The position numbers and the translations under genes were made by a program. Below are positions 38,085-47,720 of a stretch of DNA of 64,000 nucleotides, piece after piece. Every line of letters begins with the position of its first letter. The first letter of the stretch is position 1. The DNA lies in sequence record DRR723986_1321. The stretch is one strand, 5' to 3'. The notes under the pieces were generated by a model, which saw only the letters and a list, made by a program, of their open reading frames with translations, ran no database searches and had not been told where the DNA came from.

Positions 38085-39206
38085 TCAGGCCGCCGTTCCG
38101 ATAAGGATGTCTGCCAGTTGTGCGCGGTGCCAGGGGGCATCGCCGAACAGCATCTGGCTGTGCTTCTGGCGCTTGAAATACAGGTGCACGAAACACTCCC
38201 AGGTAAAACCGATGCCACCGTGGCATTGCACCGAACGGCCGGATGCATAAGCGGCCATGTCACTCGCCGAGGCTTTCGCCATGTGGGCATACTGGGCTGC
38301 GCGTTCCGGTTCGGCGTCCACCGCGCAGGCCGCGTTATAAACCAGCGACTTGGCTTCGTCGATCTTGATCATGACGTCAACCAGCGGGTGCTTGACCGCC
38401 TGGAAAAACCCGAGGGGATGATCGAACTGCTTGCGCTGGGTTACGTACTCCACTGTGGTTTGCAGCTGCCACTCACCGGCACCGACCATGTCGGCGGCGA
38501 GCAAGGTCCAGATCGCGGGAAATGCCGCGTTGAGCGCGGCGAGGCCGTTGCTGGTGATCGGCTCCGCCGCCACCTGATCGAACTGCACCCGACCCTGGTC
38601 CCGGGTCAGGTCGACAATCGCATCGGGCAATACCGTTACCCCGGCGGCTGCCGCGTCGACCCAGAACAGGGACAAGCCGGCATCGCTGTGCGCGCTGACC
38701 AGGAAACGCTCCACCTTGCGGGCTTCCTGCACATAGCTTGCCGTACCGGTCAGCACGCCGTTGGCATACTGTACATCGGTATCTCCGGCCTGCCAGGAAC
38801 CCGCGGCATTGGTAATCGCCAGGCTGGCCGAGCGGCCCTCGATCAGCTCGCCCAGGGCTTCCTGAGCATCACAGGCGGCAAGCACGTAGCAGGCATTGAG
38901 GGTCGGCAGCAGCGGGCAGGGAAATGCGGCTTTGCCCAGTTCTTCTACCAACCCGGCCACCGCCGCAGCCGGCATACCCAGGCCACCGGCACTCTCAGGC
39001 ACCGCCAGCATGGTCCAGCCGAGTTCGACCATTTTCTGCCAGGCATCCGGCATCCAGGGCGCATCCGACTGGCGCTCAGGGCTGTGATCGGAGGCCACCA
39101 GCGCATGCAGCCGGTCTACCGGCAGGGTTTCAGCAAAAAACTTTTTCGCGGATTCCTTGAGCAGGGCCGCCTCTTCGCCAAAGCCGTAATTGTTTGGTTG
39201 GGTCAT
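38085..39206 (-). CDS. Acyl-CoA dehydrogenase, probable non-catalytic subunit of a heteromeric pair
   Basis: RKQFDHPLGFFQAVKH and HGGIGFTWE motifs; lacks the TEP..GSD motif. Confidence 0.8.
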   Translation of the reverse strand: MTQPNNYGFGEEAALLKESAKKFFAETLPVDRLHALVASDHSPERQSDAPWMPDAWQKMVELGWTMLAVPESAGGLGMPAAAVAGLVEELGKAAFPCPLLPTLNACYVLAACDAQEALGELIEGRSASLAITNAAGSWQAGDTDVQYANGVLTGTASYVQEARKVERFLVSAHSDAGLSLFWVDAAAAGVTVLPDAIVDLTRDQGRVQFDQVAAEPITSNGLAALNAAFPAIWTLLAADMVGAGEWQLQTTVEYVTQRKQFDHPLGFFQAVKHPLVDVMIKIDEAKSLVYNAACAVDAEPERAAQYAHMAKASASDMAAYASGRSVQCHGGIGFTWECFVHLYFKRQKHSQMLFGDAPWHRAQLADILIGTAA

Positions 39207-39216
39207 GGGAGTCTCC

Positions 39217-40452
39217 TTACTTCGACTTCGGCATGTTGAGTACACGCTCACCGAGGATGTTGCGCTGCACTTCGCTGGTACCGGCGGCGATCGTCATCCC
39301 GTAGGAGTTCATGTAGGCCATCGGCCACTGCCCCCCTGCCGGCGCGTTGTCATCGCCGAGATACAGCGACGCCGCCGGGCCCTCGACATCCAGCGCCAGG
39401 GACGCGATTTCCTGAGCTATTTCACTGGCCAGCAGTTTGTTCTGCAGGGCCAGACGCATCGGGTGGTCCAGCAAGGCGGGCACCCTGGAGCGACGCTGGT
39501 TCTGGGCCAGGCCCCACTCGCGGATCACGCCCTGCATGATGCGATCGCGGATCAGCGGATCGTCCGCCGCGGTCTTGTCGCCGCGCACGGTGTTGCGCGC
39601 CAGTTCGATGAGATTCGCAGTATTTGTAGCGTGGGTGGACTTGCTCTTCAGCCCTCCGGCACGCGGGGTCACCAGCTCACCTGCACCGCGTTCGTGCAGC
39701 AAGGTGGTCATCGCTACCTGCCAGCCCTTGCCCAGTTCATCGAGGCGATAGCTGTCATCCACTTCCAGGTTCTCGAAAATAACCTCGTTGAAGCCGGTTT
39801 CGCCGGTGATCTTGATCAGCGGGCGGACGGTGACGCCCTTGCCCAGGGCCGAGCGAATCGGCACCACAAAATAGGACAGGCCGTCGTATTTATGGGACTT
39901 GTCGGTGCGCAGCAGGATAATCATCCATTCGGCAAAGTGCGCCAGTGAGGTCCAGACCTTGTGGCCGTTAATCACCCACTTGTCGCCCTTCTGTTCGGCA
40001 AAGGTCTGCACGCTGGCGAGATCCGAACCCGCGCCTGGTTCGCTGAAGCCCTGGCACCAGATGTCCTCACCGGAAAACAGCCGCGGCAACAGGCTCGCCT
40101 TGACCTCGTCCTGGGCGTGATAAAACACGGTGGGCGCTGCCATGCCCAGGCCAATCACGTTGGGCAGGAACGGGGTGCGCGCCCGGATCATCTCTTCGTT
40201 GGCCACCCGCTGGCAATCGTTGCGACCGCCGCCGCCAACCGCCTCGGGGTAGTCACAGCCGACCAGGCCGGCGTCGTAGGCCGCTTTCTGCCAGGCCTGC
40301 AGATAGGTCAACTGGTCCGTGGTCATGATTTCCAGGGGCGACAATGGCAGGCGGACCGGTGGCTCGCCGGGGTGGTTGTCAGCCAGCCAGTTCTTGCAGT
40401 AATCGCGAAATTCCGCCTGCTCGGCGGTATCCTTGCGTGCGCTCTCGGACAT
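39217..40452 (-). CDS. Acyl-CoA dehydrogenase, probable catalytic subunit of a heteromeric pair
   Basis: WCQGFSEPGAGSDLA, NGHKVWTS, FNEVIF, LLHERG and TIAAGTSEVQRNI motifs. Confidence 0.88.
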   Translation of the reverse strand: MSESARKDTAEQAEFRDYCKNWLADNHPGEPPVRLPLSPLEIMTTDQLTYLQAWQKAAYDAGLVGCDYPEAVGGGGRNDCQRVANEEMIRARTPFLPNVIGLGMAAPTVFYHAQDEVKASLLPRLFSGEDIWCQGFSEPGAGSDLASVQTFAEQKGDKWVINGHKVWTSLAHFAEWMIILLRTDKSHKYDGLSYFVVPIRSALGKGVTVRPLIKITGETGFNEVIFENLEVDDSYRLDELGKGWQVAMTTLLHERGAGELVTPRAGGLKSKSTHATNTANLIELARNTVRGDKTAADDPLIRDRIMQGVIREWGLAQNQRRSRVPALLDHPMRLALQNKLLASEIAQEIASLALDVEGPAASLYLGDDNAPAGGQWPMAYMNSYGMTIAAGTSEVQRNILGERVLNMPKSK

Positions 40453-40547
40453 CAGGTGCTCCTTCGCTGGTCAATTCGAGTCGTTTTTCCGCGGCCAAGT
40501 TTGGTGGAATCCCATCCGGGCCGCAAGGCGGTGCCGCGAGCGGCGGT

Positions 40548-40775
40548 TCAATAATGCGGCGGGGGCGGTTCTTCCCCCGCTGGCGCCATGTCTGCGAGGG
40601 CCTGCCCCTGCTCCGTGAGCCGCTGCCTGAGCAGCGCCAGCTCTTCACGCAGGGCCAGGATATCCCGCTGCTGGCTGGCCAGCGCCGCATTGAGGCTTGC
40701 AACCGTGTCATCCTGGAAAGCGAACTGGGTCTGCAGTTCCTGCAGGGCAAGCTGCAGGGCATCATTGTCTGGCAT
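40548..40775 (-). CDS. slyX: SlyX family protein
   Basis: ELQTQFAFQDDTVASLN coiled coil and C-terminal EPPPPHY. Confidence 0.88.
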   Translation of the reverse strand: MPDNDALQLALQELQTQFAFQDDTVASLNAALASQQRDILALREELALLRQRLTEQGQALADMAPAGEEPPPPHY

Positions 40776-40853
40776 GGTCAGGTGACTTCCTGTGCTGCAT
40801 CGGGCCAACGGGCGAGCTACTATACTGCCGCCACCCCGGAGACCCAAGCGAAG

Positions 40854-41219
40854 ATGGCCAAGCGCGACAAGAACAACTCCCGACTCGTTTACAGAACGGA
40901 TGCCGGCCGGCTCTGCCCCCAGTGCCACCGGCCGGTCAGTGACTGCGTCTGCGGCAAGGATCGACCGGCAGCCACCGGCGACGGGATCGTGCGCCTGCGC
41001 CGGGAGACCAAGGGCCGGGGCGGCAAGGCGGTAACCGTGGTCGATGGCGTGCCGCTTGCGGGAGAGCAGCTGAAAGCCCTCGCCAAAACCCTGAAACAGC
41101 GCTGCGGCGTGGGCGGATCGGTCAAGGACGGGCAGATCGAGATTCAGGGCGACCAGCGGGCAAGCATCAAGACCGCACTGGAAGACCAGGGATTCACAGT
41201 TAAGCTCTCCGGCGGCTAG
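40854..41219 (+). CDS. yciH: Translation initiation factor Sui1/YciH
   Basis: LVYRTD, RETKGRGGKAVT, LKQRCGVGGSVKDG, IEIQGD and terminal SGG. Confidence 0.92.
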   Translation: MAKRDKNNSRLVYRTDAGRLCPQCHRPVSDCVCGKDRPAATGDGIVRLRRETKGRGGKAVTVVDGVPLAGEQLKALAKTLKQRCGVGGSVKDGQIEIQGDQRASIKTALEDQGFTVKLSGG

Positions 41220-41541
41220 TTTTGCCAATTTTGCCGAAGTTAACTACATTTAACCTCTAGTTAAGCGCAAATTTCAGGAATTTTTTATACCCCCACTACC
41301 CTGAAATGGGTAGGCAAAACCGGAGTTACGGTCCTTTCCCGAAACTTTTATAAAATAACCGCCGCAAACCGTTATTTTTATTGGATTTTATTTTTAGCTG
41401 TGATAAAAATAGCCTCGTGAGTGCGGAACAGCGGTGAACTGGCAGGTACTGCAGGCCCGGAAAATAACCACACCACATAACAACCATAAAAGTGAAACAG
41501 CTGTATCTGACGGATTTGTCATCCCTGCGAGGAAGTGGGTT

Positions 41542-41931
41542 ATGTACGTTACCGCAGACCACCTGAGAGACCAGGTTATCCGGCCTACCCTGAAGTACCT
41601 GGGCGTCTGGTCCCCCGCGACAGAGAACTTCCTGCTCAATGCCGCCGTGAACGCTCCCGACCTGGGATTGTTCTCGGCGCGCAATGAGGGACTGGGCCTG
41701 TTCCACATCACGGCGTCACAACACCGTGATATCTGGGACCGCTACCTTGCCTTCAAGCCGGAAATCGCCAGTCGCGTACGGGGCCTGGCCAGCCAGCGGG
41801 CTTTCCTGAGCGACCCGGATAGCGAACTGCAAACCAACCTGAGCTACTGCACCGCCATTGCCTGGCTGCTGCACCAGCGCTCCAATGGGTCGGTAGCAGA
41901 TAGCGGTACCGCCGAACGCGCGATGGCCTGA
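41542..41931 (+). CDS. Conserved hypothetical protein, lysozyme/transglycosylase-like
   Basis: VIRPTLKYLG, GLFHI..QHRDIWDRYLA, RGLASQRAFL and NLSYCTAIAW; ATG after GAGGAAG. Confidence 0.7.
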   Translation: MYVTADHLRDQVIRPTLKYLGVWSPATENFLLNAAVNAPDLGLFSARNEGLGLFHITASQHRDIWDRYLAFKPEIASRVRGLASQRAFLSDPDSELQTNLSYCTAIAWLLHQRSNGSVADSGTAERAMA

Positions 41932-41970
41932 GGCCGTTCCGCGCGTTTTCCGGCGCCGCCCCCGGCAGCG

Positions 41971-42591
41971 TCAGGCCCGGAATCGCCGCCAGGTCGGCAG
42001 GTCTTCCGGGCGGTCGATATCCGCCAGCGGCGCCAGCAGGCCGGTTTTCCATCCCAGACCTGCCGCCCGATCCAGACTCCGGGCCAGCACCTCGGTACCG
42101 CCCCAGCCAATCCCATCGAACAGGCCCGGATCAACCCGGGTAGCACCAAGCAGCACGTACCCCCCGTCCAGCGCCGGACCGAAGACCACCGGGGCAGTGC
42201 GCAGCGCCGCCTGCGCCTGGCGCAGATACGCCGAATCAATTCCCGGGCAGTCACTGCCCACCAGTAACACCTGGCGGTAGCGCGCCAGCCCATCCCGCAG
42301 GGCGTGATACATGCGCTGGCCAAGATCGGCACCGACCTGGTCCCGCAGGCCGGTGACCCCCAGCTCGAGGCAGTGGCCGAAGGCGGCATGGTTGCGATCG
42401 CCGGTCACCCACAGTTCCAATGGGCCCAGACCTGAGGCCAACAGCTGGCGGCAACTGTGTAGCAGTAATTCGCAGTGCAGTTCGCTGGCCTGCTGCGCAG
42501 ACAGGGCGGGCATCATCCGGGTCTTCACCTGCCCCGGCTGCGGCGCGCGGGCAAACTGGATCAACAAGGTATCCGCGGTCACTTCAGCCAT
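41971..42591 (-). CDS. TIGR04282-type (DUF2064) arsenosugar-associated glycosyltransferase-like protein
   Basis: FARAPQPGQVKTR, QVGADLGQRM, VGSDCP, GPALDGGYVLLG and DIDRPEDL. Confidence 0.88.
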   Translation of the reverse strand: MAEVTADTLLIQFARAPQPGQVKTRMMPALSAQQASELHCELLLHSCRQLLASGLGPLELWVTGDRNHAAFGHCLELGVTGLRDQVGADLGQRMYHALRDGLARYRQVLLVGSDCPGIDSAYLRQAQAALRTAPVVFGPALDGGYVLLGATRVDPGLFDGIGWGGTEVLARSLDRAAGLGWKTGLLAPLADIDRPEDLPTWRRFRA

Positions 42592-43258
42592 AGTAGTAAT
42601 GCCACAGGGTCGCCGGCGGCACGCCACAGGCATAGGCAAGGCGCAGGCCCCACATCTGCAGCACGGTGCGCAGGATGCCACGCTGCTCCCAGCGTCGGCT
42701 TGAGGTCACTACCGGGAGCGCCAGGATCACCGGCGTCGCCAGTGCCCGCAGGCGCTTGCTGAGCTCCACGTCCTCCATCAGGGGGATATCGGCAAAGCCC
42801 GCCGCCAGGTCGAACACATCACGGCGCAGGAACAGCATCTGGTCGCCGGTGGCGACGCCGCTTGCGCGCGAACGCCAGTTGATGCCCCGCTCCACCCAGC
42901 GCAGCAGCCAATGCTCCCCGCTCAGACGCAGCGGGCAAAAACCCCAGGCCGGGCGCTCGGTCAGCGCCTCGTCGAGGGTGGCGGCGGTAAATTGCGGACG
43001 GGTATCGGCATGCAGGAAGACCAGGTAGTCAGCGTCGGATACCCGGCCACCCAGGTTCATCTGCCGCGCCCTGCCCGGCTCTCCGAGCAGCAATTCACTG
43101 CAGTACGGCATGGCCTGGGCGACGGTAGCGTCGGTGCTGCCACCATCGACCACGATGCGCCGGGCGGCGGGAAAATCCCGCTCCAGGTGCTGCAGCAGGC
43201 CGGCAACAGTCTGCGCCTCGTTGAGCACCGGGATCACAAAGGCGACCGACGCCGGCAT
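42584..43258 (-). CDS. TIGR04283-type GT2 glycosyltransferase
   Basis: IPVLNEA, VDGGSTD, GRARQMNLG, FLHADT, TGDQMLF, MEDVE and TSSRRW. Confidence 0.9.
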   Translation of the reverse strand: MPASVAFVIPVLNEAQTVAGLLQHLERDFPAARRIVVDGGSTDATVAQAMPYCSELLLGEPGRARQMNLGGRVSDADYLVFLHADTRPQFTAATLDEALTERPAWGFCPLRLSGEHWLLRWVERGINWRSRASGVATGDQMLFLRRDVFDLAAGFADIPLMEDVELSKRLRALATPVILALPVVTSSRRWEQRGILRTVLQMWGLRLAYACGVPPATLWHYYYG

Positions 43259-44217
43259 CAGGCCTCCAGGGCGCCCCCGCAGCTGCTACCCTGCCCCGCC
43301 GTACAGCCGTAACAGTGCTCGCCGGTAGCGATAGCCTGGCCCTGAAGGGCCGCACCGCCGAGCAGATCGCGGATATGGCGCCGGTCGGAACCGAGTACCG
43401 GCAGGTCGAGCATCTGGTTGAAATCGCAGTCGTAGAGGTAGCCCTGCCAGTCGACGCTGATCAGGTTGCGACACATAACCGTCTCCAGGTTGGCCTCACT
43501 GTAGTTGTCCCGCAACAGCTGCATATAGGGCAGGTACTGGTCCTGTGCCAGCAACACCGCACCAAAGCGACTGATCGGCATATTGGTGATGGTCAGCAGG
43601 CGATTGAAGCGGATACCGAAGCGGTCGCCCAGCTCGCGTTTGTAATCGGCCTCCAGCGCTGCTTGCGGCGGTGGCAGAACCGGTCCCACCGGGTTGTAGA
43701 CCAGGTCCAGGCGGAGCGCGGGGTCGCTGCCGTAACCCAGCGCATTGAGACGCTGCAGGGCCCGCACACTGTCGCTGTACACGCCCTTGCCCCGCTGCTG
43801 CTCGACGTTGCTCTCCAGGTAGCAGGGCAGCGAGGCGGTGATGTCGACCCCCTGCCCGGCCAGGAACTGGGCCAGGTCCTCCTGCCCGGGTTCGAACAGG
43901 ATGGTCAGGTTGCAGCGGTCGATCACCCGCACGCCGAGCTCGCGGGCGCGGGTGACCAGGTAGCGGAAATGCGGGTTCAGCTCCGGCGCGCCGCCGGTGA
44001 GGTCGAGGGTGTCGACCGCAAAAACCTCGATACAGGCCAGCACCTGCTCGATGGTCTGCGCGTCCATCTCCTCGGTCCGGGTCGGGCCCGCATTGACATG
44101 GCAGTGCACACAACTGAGGTTGCAACGGTAGCCGAGATTAAGCTGCAGCGTGGTCAGCGCGCCGCGCTCCACGGGCGGGAAATCGGATTCAAGTAGTAGT
44201 GGCCGGGTATCTTGCAC
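43258..44217 (-). CDS. arsS: ArsS-type radical SAM protein (TIGR04167/DUF3641), Cys form
   Basis: CNLSCVHC SAM cluster, TGGAPE, YDCDFNQML and C-terminal HCYGCTAGQGSSCGGAL. Confidence 0.9.
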   Translation of the reverse strand: MQDTRPLLLESDFPPVERGALTTLQLNLGYRCNLSCVHCHVNAGPTRTEEMDAQTIEQVLACIEVFAVDTLDLTGGAPELNPHFRYLVTRARELGVRVIDRCNLTILFEPGQEDLAQFLAGQGVDITASLPCYLESNVEQQRGKGVYSDSVRALQRLNALGYGSDPALRLDLVYNPVGPVLPPPQAALEADYKRELGDRFGIRFNRLLTITNMPISRFGAVLLAQDQYLPYMQLLRDNYSEANLETVMCRNLISVDWQGYLYDCDFNQMLDLPVLGSDRRHIRDLLGGAALQGQAIATGEHCYGCTAGQGSSCGGALEA

Positions 44218-44260
44218 GTCGGTCAGGGTCCGGGTCGGTGGGTGCGCGGAGCCAGCGGCG

Positions 44261-46189
44261 TCAGTAGGCCGCCTGCTGCTCCTGGGAGGTCAGCATACTG
44301 TGGTTCTCACCCTGCAGGTACTGGAATACCACGTTGTAGGACAACACGGCCTGGACGTAATTGCGGGTCTCCCGAAAGGGAATCGTCTCTATCCACACTT
44401 CCACCGGCATCGCCGCCCTGTTGTGTTTGCGCCAGCGATCCACCCGGTGGGGACCGGCGTTATAGGCGGCCAGGGCGAATACCCGGTTACCATCGAAGCG
44501 ATCCAGCAGCTGCCGGTAATAAGCGCTGCCGAGCAGGACATTATGCTCCACCTCGTTCAACGCCGCCGTACTGTGCGCCCGACCGAGCTGGGAGGCAACC
44601 TGCTTGCCGGTGGCCGGCATGATCTGCATCAGGCCCCGCGCGCCCACCGGTGAGCGCGCTTCGGGGAAAAACGCACTCTCGCGCCGGGCGATGGCCATCA
44701 ATTCCGTCTCCGGGACCCGCTGCACCGCGCCGAAGCGGGCAAAGGTATCGCGGTAGGGCATGGGAAAGCGCAGGTCGAGGGCATCCCAGGCCTTGGCCCG
44801 GTTGGCCGCATCGATCGCCATGCGGTGCCAGCCCTGCTCCGCCGCCAGCAGAGCCAGCTGCTGCTGTTCCTCGCTGTCACGCCGGGTGAGCACGTTGAAC
44901 CACTCGGAGTGGGCCAACTGGTCCTCCTCGTGAAAATACAGCTCCTCGATGCGCTGCACCGCGGGAATCATGCGCAGCGGTTCCTTGCGCGACGACTCCA
45001 GGGCAAAGGACTGGTGGTTGAAAGCGTAATCCTTGCCCAGCCGGTCGGCGGCGAGAAAGCCGTAATAGCCGCGCTCCTGGGCAACTGATTCGAGCATCGC
45101 GCGGGCTTCTTCCCGCCGGCCCTGCTTTTGCATCGCGTAGGCCTGCCAGAAACGCCAGCCTGCCTCCTCGGCGCCGTCGCCGGTGAGTCGCGGCAGGGTT
45201 GCCAGGACACCGGCCCAGTCCTGCTCCTCCAGTAACCAGCGCAGGCGGATTTCAACCAGCTTGTTTTCACCGAGGCGCGCAAGGGCGCCGTCGAGCCACG
45301 GCAGGTTTTCCTCGCTGCGGGCGAACAAGCCGTGCAGCGCTATGGCGTACTCCACCCTGGCGGACTGTTCCGCCGAGAAGTCGATCCGCCGCTGGTAATC
45401 CTCCCAGTACTGGCGCGCCGTCACCGGGCTGTATTTGGCCAGGTAAGCCAGCCCGTGGCTCGCGATGTCCGCCGAATAGGGGCTGTCGGCGGGCAAGCGC
45501 TGCTGCCGTATGTTCGAGGGCTTGCTATACACCGCCAGCAGGGTATCGGACCAGGGGCGAAGCTGGTCGCTGCCACGCCGGGCCACGTAGCTCATCAGGC
45601 TGCGCTGGCGCGCGTCGAAGGCCTTTAGCAGGCGAGCCCAGACCACCTCGTCCGACACCGCCCCCGACTTGAGCCAGGCGTCGAACAGCGGGTCGCATTC
45701 CTTCGGTCGCGACTCACCGTGGATCCAGAGGCGCTCCGCCCCTTCCCAGGCCGCCAGGGTGTCGCCGCCGGCGAGCAGGGCCCGGAAGTAATAACACTTG
45801 AGGTTGATACTGTTTGGCTCATTGGGCATGACCGAAAGAAAATCGGCCCAGCGCCGATCCTTTCCCGCCCGGGTCAGGTAGACCGAGAGGAAACGGTTGG
45901 GCAGCGGCGAGTCCTCAGACAGGCTGATAAAGCGCCGTGCATCTGCGGGCCGGACATTCTGGGGCTGTCGGCTGAGCTTGAAGTAATCGAGATAGATAGC
46001 GAGGGGGTAGCCATCGAGATCGTTGCGCAGCTGCTCGTACTCGGTCCACTTGCCGCGATCGATCGCCACCACGGCGGTGCCGTACTGGTCACGTGCCTGG
46101 TTGAGCTCCGGTACCGCAAATGCCGGCGTGATGACTGCCGGGCCCATAACAAGGACCACACCAAGCAACCAGCCAAAATACCACCGCAA
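44261..46189 (-). CDS. slt: Soluble lytic murein transglycosylase (Slt70-type)
   Basis: Signal peptide, helical U/L domains, IARRESAF, GLMQIMPATG, AAYNAGP and IPFRETRNYV. Confidence 0.9.
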   Translation of the reverse strand: MRWYFGWLLGVVLVMGPAVITPAFAVPELNQARDQYGTAVVAIDRGKWTEYEQLRNDLDGYPLAIYLDYFKLSRQPQNVRPADARRFISLSEDSPLPNRFLSVYLTRAGKDRRWADFLSVMPNEPNSINLKCYYFRALLAGGDTLAAWEGAERLWIHGESRPKECDPLFDAWLKSGAVSDEVVWARLLKAFDARQRSLMSYVARRGSDQLRPWSDTLLAVYSKPSNIRQQRLPADSPYSADIASHGLAYLAKYSPVTARQYWEDYQRRIDFSAEQSARVEYAIALHGLFARSEENLPWLDGALARLGENKLVEIRLRWLLEEQDWAGVLATLPRLTGDGAEEAGWRFWQAYAMQKQGRREEARAMLESVAQERGYYGFLAADRLGKDYAFNHQSFALESSRKEPLRMIPAVQRIEELYFHEEDQLAHSEWFNVLTRRDSEEQQQLALLAAEQGWHRMAIDAANRAKAWDALDLRFPMPYRDTFARFGAVQRVPETELMAIARRESAFFPEARSPVGARGLMQIMPATGKQVASQLGRAHSTAALNEVEHNVLLGSAYYRQLLDRFDGNRVFALAAYNAGPHRVDRWRKHNRAAMPVEVWIETIPFRETRNYVQAVLSYNVVFQYLQGENHSMLTSQEQQAAY

Positions 46190-46503
46190 CCGCGTCTACC
46201 TCATTCTGCCCGGGCCCGCTTCCTGACGGAAGGTTCACCGGGGCGCACTGACACCGTGCCCATAGGGTGATACGCCGCCCGGTCGAATGCAAGCCTGACC
46301 AGGGGTTTTTCGCTCTGAGCTTGCCACGGCGCAGCGCCCGTCCCCATGAGCGCCGCATCCGGCCGGTCACTGTGCTGACCGGTAACAACAGGTCTGGCAA
46401 CCCGCTAAATACGATCAAATATTAATTTTTATCCGGTATCTCAGCGCTGAATTCGAAAAATGACGCCTTGCATGCTATTTTTTTGCTTACTATTTAACGA
46501 TCA

Positions 46504-47148
46504 GTGGATAATTTTTTGCCAGAACAGCCCGGTGCCAACAAGGCGCTGACCAAGGGCCAGCGCACCACGCAGCGCATCATGGATGTGGCGGAGGACCTGT
46601 TTGCGCGCCAGCGCTATGAGGGCACGACCTTGCGCCAGATAGCCGAGGCGGCCGCAATCAGGGAACCGGGAATTTACAACCACTTCAGCAGCAAGCAGGC
46701 ACTGTACGAGGCAGTTCTGCATCGCGCCCTGAACCCCCTGGCCGAAACCATGGCCAGGCGATTATCGGCGGCGGGCGATTTACGCGACTTTACCGAATTG
46801 CCGGCGACCATGACCGATCTCCTGCTCCAGCACCCACAGCGGGCAGCGCTGTTCCAGCAGGCATTACAGGGTGATGACGATGCAGTTGGCGCCCGCCTGG
46901 TGCGGGCCTGGCTGGAGCAGCTGTTCCGCCAGGGGCTGGACAGCATCGGCCCGCTGGCCGCGACCCGCGAGCTGGATACCGCCACCCTGGCGATCAACGT
47001 CATCGCCCTGTTCAACCTGACGACCGGTTACTTCCTCGCGCAACGGGCCTTCGAAACAATGGCTGACGGCAATCTGAACAGCCCGGAGAACATTGCACGC
47101 CAGAAACTGCTGCTGCACAAAGTCATCCGGGCCATGCTGATCAACTGA
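46504..47148 (+). CDS. TetR/AcrR family transcriptional regulator
   Basis: IMDVAEDLFARQRYEGTTLRQIAEAAAIREPGIYNHFSSKQAL HTH. Confidence 0.9.
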   Translation: MDNFLPEQPGANKALTKGQRTTQRIMDVAEDLFARQRYEGTTLRQIAEAAAIREPGIYNHFSSKQALYEAVLHRALNPLAETMARRLSAAGDLRDFTELPATMTDLLLQHPQRAALFQQALQGDDDAVGARLVRAWLEQLFRQGLDSIGPLAATRELDTATLAINVIALFNLTTGYFLAQRAFETMADGNLNSPENIARQKLLLHKVIRAMLIN

Positions 47149-47182
47149 GCGGGCAGCGAAAGCAGGCGCGCCTGCGCTGGCC

Positions 47183-47605
47183 TTACTGGACCTCGATCCG
47201 CCGCCGCTCAGGCGGCCGCGCAACCAGCTTCGGCGCTTGCAGTTTGAGCACGCCATCCTTGAAGGAGGCCTTGATGTCCTGTTCGTGCACGTCGTTGCCC
47301 AGGTTGAAGCTGCGCATGAACTTGCCGTAACGGCGTTCCTGGCGAATGATCTTGCCTTCTTTCTCTTCCCTGTCCTCCTGGGTGGCTTCCGCCTCCAGGG
47401 TCAGGATGCCGTCTTTCACGTGGACATGAATGTCATCCCGCTCGACACCCGGTAGCTCGGCGGTAATTTCGTAATGGCCATCTGCTTCGCGGATATCGAC
47501 CCGCGGCGCAAAGAAGGTACCCGCCTGCGATTCTGCAGATGGCGTCCAGAAGTCATCGAAAAAACGGTCCACATCAAACATGTTTCTGCGTGGTACAAGC
47601 GCCAT
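47183..47605 (-). CDS. Hsp20/alpha-crystallin small heat-shock protein
   Basis: PRVDIRE, AELPGV, ERRYGKFMRSF, FKDGVL and C-terminal IEV motif; RBS AGGAGG. Confidence 0.93.
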   Translation of the reverse strand: MALVPRRNMFDVDRFFDDFWTPSAESQAGTFFAPRVDIREADGHYEITAELPGVERDDIHVHVKDGILTLEAEATQEDREEKEGKIIRQERRYGKFMRSFNLGNDVHEQDIKASFKDGVLKLQAPKLVARPPERRRIEVQ

Positions 47606-47651
47606 GTCACACCTCCTATATTTGCCTGTTTGGCTGCTGTTTCATGAGGAT

Positions 47652-47680
47652 AGATAGGGCTGTGGGAGCGCGATTTCAAG
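47652..47680 (-). promoter_or_regulatory. RpoH (sigma32)-like promoter of hsp20
   Basis: Minus strand CTTGAA-N15-CCCTATCT, close to the CTTGAA...CCCCATnT consensus. Confidence 0.65.
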
Positions 47681-47706
47681 GCGCCCGGCGGCGACTGCGC
47701 GCTTCG

Positions 47707-47720
47707 TTGATCCATGTCAA
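47707..47720. promoter_or_regulatory. FNR/Anr-like box
   Basis: TTGAT-ccat-GTCAA (one mismatch to TTGAT-N4-ATCAA), flanked by CG..CG. Confidence 0.55.

Noticed and set aside
43258-43290. Selenocysteine recoding in ArsS
   Set aside because: The GSSCGG position is TGC (Cys); the only TGA is the true stop, overlapping the next ATG.
47162-47175. GCAGGCGCGCCTGC palindrome between convergent tetR and hsp20 as a REP element
   Set aside because: Only one copy was noticed and it has no U-tract; at most a weak shared terminator.
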